The position numbers and the translations under genes were made by a program. This document shows, piece after piece, positions 9,857-15,678 of a stretch of 15,774 nucleotides of DNA. The DNA lies in contig JAZDFM010000026.1 of assembly GCA_043807825.1 (NCBI GenBank), forward strand, positions 1-15,774. Reading direction: 5' to 3'. Below the pieces are notes generated by a model, which saw nothing but the letters and a program-made list of their open reading frames with translations, searched no databases and was not told the origin of the DNA. Origin of the DNA: a bacterium. Lineage in GTDB: Bacteria > Patescibacteriota > Patescibacteriia > Patescibacteriales > GWC2-42-12. The first letter of the stretch is position 1, and every line of letters begins with the position of its first letter.

Positions 9857-11320
9857 ATGACATTAAATCAATTAACAATAGCTGAAGCTATAAAAAAGCT
9901 TGATAAAAAAGAAATCACCTCGGTTGAACTTGCCAAGGCGTGTTTGACGCGCGTAAAAAATATTGACGGAAAAATCAAGGCGTGTCTGGCGGTTTGCGAA
10001 GAACAGGCGATGAAAGACGCGGAAAAAGCCGATGAGCGGCGCGCTCAAGGCGAAACTGGAGAATTGCTCGGCATCCCGTATTTTGCCAAAGATAATATTT
10101 TGACTCGCGGCGTAAAAACCACGGCTGCTTCCAAAATTTTGGAAAATTACATCGCGCCTTATGACGCGTCTATTATAAAAAAATTAAAGCGAGCCGGCGC
10201 GGTTCTTTTGGGAAAAACCAATTTGGATGAATTCGCCCATGGGGCTTCAACTGAAAATTCCGCTTTTGGGACGACGCGCAATCCATGGGATTTGTCCCGC
10301 GTTCCCGGGGGTTCTTCCGGCGGGTCGGCCGCCGCGGTCGCGGCTGATATGTGTTTGTTCGCTTTGGGAACGGATACCGGAGGCTCAATCAGATGCCCGG
10401 CAAGTTTTTGCGGAGTCGTCGGCATGAAGCCGACTTATGGCAGAAGCTCCCGCTTCGGCTTGATCGCGATGACAAGCTCAACCGATGTTCCCGGGCCTTT
10501 GGCGAAAACCGTGGGAGACGCCGCGATGATCTTGTCCGCTATCGCGGGAAAAGACGGGAATGATGGGACAACAGTTAAAATCCCCCTTACCCCCTTTGTT
10601 AAAGGGGGTAAAATGCAAGGCTTAACTATCGGCTTGCCTGAAGAATATTTTGTTGAAGGTGCGGAAAAAGGCGTGGAGCAAGCGGTGGAAAAAGCCATTG
10701 AAGATTTGAAAAAACTTGGCGTTAAGTTTAAAAAAGTGAGCCTGCCGCATACGAAATACGGCGTGCCTGCTTACTATATCATCACTCCTTCGGAAATAAG
10801 CTCAAATTTGGCAAGATTTGACGGCATTAAATACGGTTTAAGCATAAACGGCGAAGAAAAGATAAAAGCGGATTTGGCGGATGTCTACGCCAAAAGCCGA
10901 GGAAAAGGCTTTGGTGCCGAAGCCAAACGGAGAATTATGCTCGGAACTTACGCTTTGAGCGCCGGTTATTTTGACGCGTATTATCTGCAGGCGCAAAAAG
11001 TGAGAGTTAAGATAAAACAGGAATTTGACGAAGTTCTGAAGCAAGTTGACTGCCTGCTTACGCCGACCGCTCCGCATGTCGCTTTTAAAATCGGCGAGCA
11101 GTCAGGCGATCCTTTAAAAATGTATCTTGAAGATATTTTCGTTACCGGCGCGTCTTTGGCCGGGTTGCCAGCGATTTCCATTCCATGCGGTTTCAGCCGC
11201 GGCATGCCTGTAGGACTTCAACTGATTGGCAGGCATTTTAATGAAGACTTGCTGTTTAAAATAGGCAATGGTTATGAACAAGCAACGGAATGGCATTTGA
11301 AAAAAGCCGAAATTGTTTAA
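9857..11320 (+). CDS. gatA: Asp/Glu-tRNA(Asn/Gln) amidotransferase subunit A
   Basis: Start placed at ATG 9857 (MTLNQLTIAEAIKKLDKKEITSVEL, a typical GatA N-terminus). Amidase signature GGSSGGSAAAVAA and DTGGSIR. The ORF-track start at 9761 only adds translation of the intergenic repeat. Confidence 0.93.
   Translation: MTLNQLTIAEAIKKLDKKEITSVELAKACLTRVKNIDGKIKACLAVCEEQAMKDAEKADERRAQGETGELLGIPYFAKDNILTRGVKTTAASKILENYIAPYDASIIKKLKRAGAVLLGKTNLDEFAHGASTENSAFGTTRNPWDLSRVPGGSSGGSAAAVAADMCLFALGTDTGGSIRCPASFCGVVGMKPTYGRSSRFGLIAMTSSTDVPGPLAKTVGDAAMILSAIAGKDGNDGTTVKIPLTPFVKGGKMQGLTIGLPEEYFVEGAEKGVEQAVEKAIEDLKKLGVKFKKVSLPHTKYGVPAYYIITPSEISSNLARFDGIKYGLSINGEEKIKADLADVYAKSRGKGFGAEAKRRIMLGTYALSAGYFDAYYLQAQKVRVKIKQEFDEVLKQVDCLLTPTAPHVAFKIGEQSGDPLKMYLEDIFVTGASLAGLPAISIPCGFSRGMPVGLQLIGRHFNEDLLFKIGNGYEQATEWHLKKAEIV
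10577..10614 (+). repeat. KGG-type miniature palindromic element, copy 4, in-frame inside gatA (encodes IPLTPFVKGGK)
   Basis: aaaatcccccttaccccctttgttaaagggggtaaaat. Stem 10590-10597 / 10601-10608. Same strand and same codon phase as the three copies in the surface-protein gene. Confidence 0.85.
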
Positions 11321-11349
11321 TTTTAATTTTTACGCTATAATAGCGAGTA

Positions 11350-11772
11350 ATGAATAAAAAAGATTTAAAAATAATCGGGGCGATGCTTTATGTATGCGAA
11401 GGCACTAAAGCAAGAATTGACAGGAGATATAATAGATTGCTTTATTCTGTTGAATTAACTAATTCAGACCCTAAAATTATAAAAATTTTTAGATTATTTC
11501 TTGATAACATAATAAAAATTGATAAAAATCGCATAAGAGGGCAATTATTTTTTTATCCGGATTTGAATGAAAAAAGATTGATAAATTTTTGGTCAAAAAT
11601 ATCTTCTATCCCATTTTCACAATTTAATAAAAGCATATGTTTAAAAGCGAAAAATGGTAAATTTAAAGCAAATCCTTTGGGGACATTTAAAATAAGGTAT
11701 AGTTGCAAAAAGGATTTTTTAAAAATACAAAAAATGATAGATGATGTTTGGAGAGATGCAAGAGTGGCTTAA
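11350..11772 (+). CDS. hypothetical protein, possible single-motif LAGLIDADG-like homing endonuclease
   Basis: 140-aa AT-rich ORF. The N-terminal IIGAMLYVCEGTK fits the hhGhhh.(D/E)G pattern of LAGLIDADG motifs, and the size is compatible with homodimeric enzymes. This assignment is weak. The last 23 nt overlap tRNA-Ser. Confidence 0.45.
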   Translation: MNKKDLKIIGAMLYVCEGTKARIDRRYNRLLYSVELTNSDPKIIKIFRLFLDNIIKIDKNRIRGQLFFYPDLNEKRLINFWSKISSIPFSQFNKSICLKAKNGKFKANPLGTFKIRYSCKKDFLKIQKMIDDVWRDARVA

Positions 11773-11837
11773 TTGGCAGTCCTGGAAAGACTGTATACCG
11801 CAAGGTATCCAGGGTTCGAATCCCTGTCTCTCCGCCA
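11750..11837 (+). tRNA. tRNA-Ser (anticodon GGA), class II with long variable arm, CCA encoded
   Basis: Folded by hand. Acceptor GGAGAGA/TCTCTCC. 3-bp D stem (CAA/TTG). Anticodon stem CAGTC/GACTG with loop CTGGAAA. Variable arm ATACC-GCAA-GGTAT. T arm CAGGG-TTCGAAT-CCCTG. Discriminator G, then CCA. Confidence 0.9.
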
Positions 11838-11881
11838 GATTTCCAAGTTTGAACCGAAGTAAGATAAGGGGTTTTGGACAA

Positions 11882-11906
11882 AAAAGCTGGGCACCACCCA
11901 GCTTTT
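11882..11906. terminator. intrinsic (potentially bidirectional) terminator downstream of tRNA-Ser
   Basis: AAAAGCTGGG-cacca-CCCAGCTTTT. The GC-containing stem AGCTGGG/CCCAGCT has a 5-nt loop and is flanked by an A-tract upstream and a T-tract downstream. Confidence 0.6.
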
Positions 11907-11923
11907 AAGTTTTGTGCAGTTGT

Positions 11924-11968
11924 TTGCTATATGGCAATTTGGAATATAACACAATGGAATAATATAAT
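11924..11968 (+). promoter_or_regulatory. candidate promoter and C-box-like operator for the controller-protein/endonuclease operon
   Basis: TTGGAA (11939-11944), 18-nt spacer, TATAAT (11963-11968). The -10 ends only 8 nt before the ATG at 11977, implying a leaderless or near-leaderless mRNA. An imperfect palindrome TTGCTATATGGCAA (11924-11937, 12/14 symmetric) abuts the -35. Confidence 0.4.
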
Positions 11969-11976
11969 ATCAACAT

Positions 11977-12198
11977 ATGCCGAGAGCAATATATACAAAA
12001 GATCATAACGCAATCGTTGAACGCTTGAAGACAGCTCGTATTGAGGCTGGACTTGGGCAGGTTGAAGTTGCAAAGAAACTCGGAAAAACTCAATCTTATC
12101 TTTCAAAAATTGAATCAGGGCAAAGACGATTTGATGTATTACAGTTGAAAGAATTTGCAAAGATTTATAATAAATCATTAGACTATTTTGTTAAATAA
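11977..12198 (+). CDS. XRE-family helix-turn-helix protein, likely R-M controller (C) protein
   Basis: 73 aa. RLKTARIEAGLGQVEVAKKLGKTQSYLSKIESGQRRFDVLQL is the classic HTH_3 pattern (Q..lA...g.s...is..E.G.r). Its stop is 3 nt before the next ORF. Confidence 0.8.
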   Translation: MPRAIYTKDHNAIVERLKTARIEAGLGQVEVAKKLGKTQSYLSKIESGQRRFDVLQLKEFAKIYNKSLDYFVK

Positions 12199-12201
12199 TT
12201 T

Positions 12202-12897
12202 ATGTTAGTACAAAAATTCGATAATTTTCTACAATCAGTTGACCTAAAATCCTATCGGGATAAATATAGACCTATTAAAATTGTGGAAATGGATTTACCA
12301 AAAGAGATCCAAGCTATAAACTTACTCTACAAAATATATTGGAACAAGAAAGAGTTCTTGAGTTTTGAAAAATTTTATGAAGAATACCTAAAAGAGTATG
12401 GGGCTGATATTAAAAAATTTCAAGAAAAGACTGGGATGTGCGAGAAGTGTTTTAGTAAAGGATTGCCCGCGAGAATTTATAGAACATGGGCAAGCATTAT
12501 TACTCAGATACATGCTGGCTATGTAGCGGAGTCGGTTTTCGGTGTTGGTACAGTTTCAATGTCAGGGGAGCTTGATCATCAAGGGGCTGATTTTCAAATT
12601 CTGTATAAAGGAAAAATTCTAAATTATCAAGTAAAAAAGAAATCATTCAGTGGTGAGGTAAGACGCGGTAAAGGCGGAGTTAAAACTAAAATAGCTGGCG
12701 AATTTATTGATATTAATTACGAAGTTCCAAGTAGTGATTACTTCGAAAATCCAAAGAAAAAAGACGGTGAGTATAAACTTCCGTACAAAAGATTTCAAGA
12801 TAACAAGGAATTAAAAAGATTTTCAAATGGTTTTGTAGTTTTTACTTCTTACGCTTTTGAACAAAAGAAAAAAGAGATTGATGTAAACTTAAAATAA
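12202..12897 (+). CDS. candidate type II restriction endonuclease (PD-(D/E)xK-like), otherwise hypothetical
   Basis: 231 aa. Placement follows the usual C-then-R operon order, convergent with a methyltransferase. ELDHQGADFQILYKGKILNYQVKKK can be read as E...D-x13-QxK on alternating hydrophobic strands. I recognise no specific REase family, so the functional call rests mainly on context. Confidence 0.45.
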   Translation: MLVQKFDNFLQSVDLKSYRDKYRPIKIVEMDLPKEIQAINLLYKIYWNKKEFLSFEKFYEEYLKEYGADIKKFQEKTGMCEKCFSKGLPARIYRTWASIITQIHAGYVAESVFGVGTVSMSGELDHQGADFQILYKGKILNYQVKKKSFSGEVRRGKGGVKTKIAGEFIDINYEVPSSDYFENPKKKDGEYKLPYKRFQDNKELKRFSNGFVVFTSYAFEQKKKEIDVNLK

Positions 12898-14415
12898 TTT
12901 AGGAATAACTGTTACGGAAGAAATAGTTTTTTCGGCAATTTTTATATAATCAGGATTAATTTCAAACCCGATATAATTTTGACTCAACTCTTTTGCGGCT
13001 GCACATTCAGCCCCTGTTCCGACAAAGGGAACCAAAACCACTCCATCTTTTTTAGGCATGGCTGATTTTATTAATTTTCTGCAAATTTCTAATGGCTTTT
13101 GTGTTGGGTGTTTAACTATCTCGTGATCAGCGTGTTTTTTTAGTTCTCTTGGCTCAAAAACATTTCTTCCACAGGTATTACAGATAAACCATCTTTCATT
13201 CATACCGGCTCCTCCGGCTAATGCTGGTATTTTTATTACATCTCTTGGCAAGGCACCACCCTCGTGTGCCTTATAAACAGTTTCTTGACCGTTTGTACTG
13301 TATCGTCCAATTGTTCCTTTGCGTATTTTCCCAGCCGCTCCATTTAAAAAACCCTCAGTGTACGGCTCTCTTACTTCGTCACGATTAAAAACTGGGCTAT
13401 TTTTCCAAGCACAAATTATAGATTCATGGCTTCGTTGCCAAAAATTTAGAGAAGCAACATTTTTGTTTGTGTAATGCCAAATAAGCCACCTTTTACTTAT
13501 CGGTATTTCAACCGAAAGATAAGCAAGAATTTCGCTAAAACCATAAATAAACATTGTGCCGGTTGGTTTTAAGACTCTAATAGATTCATCTATCCAACTT
13601 TTTGACCAACGAATGTACTCGTTCATTTCTCGTTTATCCATGTTATTACCAAAATCTTTGCCGATATTATATGGTGGATCAATTATAATAACATCACAAC
13701 ATTCATCTGGTAATTTTCTTAATTCTTCAACTGCGTCATTTAAAATAATTTGATTGAGTGGTAATTTATTATTTCGTTTAATATTTTTTGATGTAATCAA
13801 CTCTTCTACAAAATTATTTTCATCGTTTTTTATTACATCAATTACAATACCCTGTATTGTTAGCGGAGTTTGTTTGGAAATAATTATGGGATCCATTGTT
13901 CTGTTGGCTGGCTGAAGTCTAATATGTCCTCTTTCCTTGTAAAACTTTTTTAATGTGGTTTCATAATTATCAATCAACGCTACAATCTTTTGTCCATTTT
14001 CGGCAGTATCTTGTTGTTTAACTAACACGACATCACCATCATTAATATTCTCTTCGATCATGCTGTTACCAATAACTCTTAATGCATAAAAATTGCCGTG
14101 GCTCGGTAATTTGCTCTGTGGTACAGCAACGATTTCTTTTTCTTTAATTGCTTCGATTGGTTGCCCGGCTGCAATATTCCCCATAAGCGGAATATTTATC
14201 ATTTTTTCACTCTCAAAAACAGAAATTGCTCTTGGCTGGTTATCTTCTTTTCTTAAAAAACCTTTTTCTTGAAGTTTTTTAATATGAAAATGGGCAGTAG
14301 AAACAGAAGCTATTTTTAGATGTTTCTTAATTTCTTCAAGAGAAGGGGCATATTTATGCTTGGAATAATATTGTTTTATAAAATCCAAGACATCTTTTTG
14401 TTTTTTAGTAAGCAT
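12889..14415 (-). CDS. LexA-like repressor/autoprotease fused to a beta-class (DPPY) N6-adenine/N4-cytosine DNA methyltransferase
   Basis: I prefer the ATG at 14415 (MLTKKQKDVLDFI, a typical LexA N-terminus) over the TTG at 14430. LexA part: wHTH, then Ala83-Gly84 in IAAGQPIEA, Ser118 in GNSM, Lys156 in TLKKF. MTase part: IIIDPPYN (13669-13680), HPTQKP, and a C-terminal VPFVGTGAE...GFEINPDY (motif IV before motif I, which defines the beta class). The stop overlaps the convergent ORF by 9 nt. Confidence 0.85.
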   Translation of the reverse strand: MLTKKQKDVLDFIKQYYSKHKYAPSLEEIKKHLKIASVSTAHFHIKKLQEKGFLRKEDNQPRAISVFESEKMINIPLMGNIAAGQPIEAIKEKEIVAVPQSKLPSHGNFYALRVIGNSMIEENINDGDVVLVKQQDTAENGQKIVALIDNYETTLKKFYKERGHIRLQPANRTMDPIIISKQTPLTIQGIVIDVIKNDENNFVEELITSKNIKRNNKLPLNQIILNDAVEELRKLPDECCDVIIIDPPYNIGKDFGNNMDKREMNEYIRWSKSWIDESIRVLKPTGTMFIYGFSEILAYLSVEIPISKRWLIWHYTNKNVASLNFWQRSHESIICAWKNSPVFNRDEVREPYTEGFLNGAAGKIRKGTIGRYSTNGQETVYKAHEGGALPRDVIKIPALAGGAGMNERWFICNTCGRNVFEPRELKKHADHEIVKHPTQKPLEICRKLIKSAMPKKDGVVLVPFVGTGAECAAAKELSQNYIGFEINPDYIKIAEKTISSVTVIPKLF

Positions 14416-14419
14416 ATTA

Positions 14420-14481
14420 TTGACAGACAATTTTTGTTAGGTGTATAATAGTATTATAGAAAATAAATAGAAAACTTACAA
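14420..14481. promoter_or_regulatory. overlapping divergent promoter pair with palindromic and phased-repeat candidate operator
   Basis: Plus strand: TTGACA (14420-14425), 18-nt spacer, TATAAT (14444-14449). Minus strand: TTGTAA (complement of 14476-14481), 17-nt spacer, TATAAT (complement of 14453-14458). The two -10 boxes form the palindrome TATAATAgTATTATA (14444-14458). ATAGAAAA occurs twice, 11 bp apart (14456-14463 and 14467-14474). Confidence 0.5.
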
Positions 14482-14503
14482 TAGCCCACTTATCCACAAC
14501 TGC

Positions 14504-15475
14504 ATGCCAAAATCATTTTTTTCAGAAAAAATAGATTTAATAATGAAATCTAGGGAGGCCATGCTTTCTGCTGTTCAGATTTATAATAATCCACTGATTT
14601 TATTTAAAACAGAATCTTTTATTGTCCTTTCTTTAATTGCATGGACTTATCTTTTGCATTCGCACTACAGAGCGATCGGGGTTGATTACAGATATTTTGA
14701 AAAAAATGGTTCCCGAAAAAGATTTATTAAAAATCCTGACGGAAGTATAAAATATTGGGATCTTAAGGAATGTATTTCAAAAGAATTTTGTCCGCTAGAT
14801 AAAGATACGAATAATAATCTTTCATTTTTAATTGGTTTAAGAAATCAAATAGAACATCGTAAGGCAAGCGGATTAGATTCTTGTCTCTCAGCTCGCTATC
14901 AGGCCCGTGCTTTAAATTTGAATTTTTATCTTAAAAAATTGCATGGTGAAAAATACGGACTTGATAATAACTTGGCATTAAGCTTGCAGTTTTCAGAATT
15001 AGACGATTCGCAATCAAAGATATTAAAAGATAAAGAATCCTTAATACCTCAAAATATTATTTCTTATCTTGCTGATTTTGATAGTAAGTTATCGGAAAGC
15101 GAAATAAAAAGCGATCGTTTTGCATACCGTCTTTTATTTACTAAGGTTTTAGCAAAAAGGAAGGGGCAAGCCGATCGCGTTATTGAGTTCATAGATCCAA
15201 AGTCTGATTTAGCAAAGAATATTTCTAAAGAATATTGGATCAAAGAAGAAACAGAAAAGCCAAAATTTTCAGCCACTCAGACAATTCAAAAGGTAAGAGA
15301 AGCAGGATATAAAAATTTTAGTATGCATCAGCACACGCAATTTTGGCAAAAACATGATGGAAAAAATCCAAATAAGGGATTCGGTTCAATGATTGTCAAA
15401 ACTTGGTGTTGGTATCAAAATTGGGCGGATTATATTATTAGCGAATTAAACAAGATAAAAAAAATAATTATTTAA
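14504..15475 (+). CDS. DUF3644-like protein with HEPN-type Rx4H motif (candidate RNase / abortive-infection effector)
   Basis: 323 aa. The N-terminal AVQIYNNP...ESFIVLSLIAWTYLLHS resembles the DUF3644 pattern as I remember it. LIGLRNQIEHR (R113 at 14840-14842, H118 at 14855-14857) matches the HEPN R-N-x-x-x-H signature seen in AbiD/AbiF-type proteins. Confidence 0.55.
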   Translation: MPKSFFSEKIDLIMKSREAMLSAVQIYNNPLILFKTESFIVLSLIAWTYLLHSHYRAIGVDYRYFEKNGSRKRFIKNPDGSIKYWDLKECISKEFCPLDKDTNNNLSFLIGLRNQIEHRKASGLDSCLSARYQARALNLNFYLKKLHGEKYGLDNNLALSLQFSELDDSQSKILKDKESLIPQNIISYLADFDSKLSESEIKSDRFAYRLLFTKVLAKRKGQADRVIEFIDPKSDLAKNISKEYWIKEETEKPKFSATQTIQKVREAGYKNFSMHQHTQFWQKHDGKNPNKGFGSMIVKTWCWYQNWADYIISELNKIKKIII

Positions 15476-15641
15476 TCGAATAATCAACCTCATTTTTGCC
15501 CCTGTTGGACTCTGGGCGAGGTGTTTCAAACCATTCCGGATGAACCTTGAAGATACGCCTTAATTCCTGTATGCTTTTATCAATATCCTTGAATTTGAGC
15601 CGCTTTTTCGGTTCAAACTTCGGGACATCGTCCCCGCCAAT
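15468..15641 (-). pseudogene. possible start-less gene remnant (57 codons)
   Basis: Hand translation of the minus strand: IGGDDVPKFEPKKRLKFKDIDKSIQELRRIFKVHPEWFETPRPESNRGKNEVDYSIK*. It is bounded upstream by TAA and has no ATG/GTG/TTG start. Composition is protein-like, and the region is more GC-rich than the island beside it. Confidence 0.2.
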
Positions 15642-15678
15642 TTACAGTTTCTCAAAAATATTTTAAAATATAAAGAAC

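Noticed and set aside
10159-10698. Cluster of alternative-frame and antisense ORFs (10159-10425 minus, 10173-10388 minus, 10227-10427 plus, 10351-10563 plus, 10435-10698 minus).
   Set aside because: All lie inside the GC-rich amidase-signature region of gatA, where stop codons are rare in every frame. Their translations are Pro/Arg/Gly-rich nonsense.
11321-11349. Absence of gatB after gatC-gatA, considered as evidence of operon disruption by the LAGLIDADG-like ORF or the island.
   Set aside because: gatB is often encoded elsewhere in many bacteria. Nothing in this window, such as a gatB fragment, supports a disruption event.
15610-15639. Possible attR-like copy of the tRNA-Ser 3' end (GGTTCAAA...TCCCCGCCA versus GGTTCGAA...TCTCCGCCA).
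   Set aside because: Only the two short flanking blocks match. The middle differs in both length and sequence, and it does not fold as a T-arm. This is too weak to call a direct repeat without a formal alignment.
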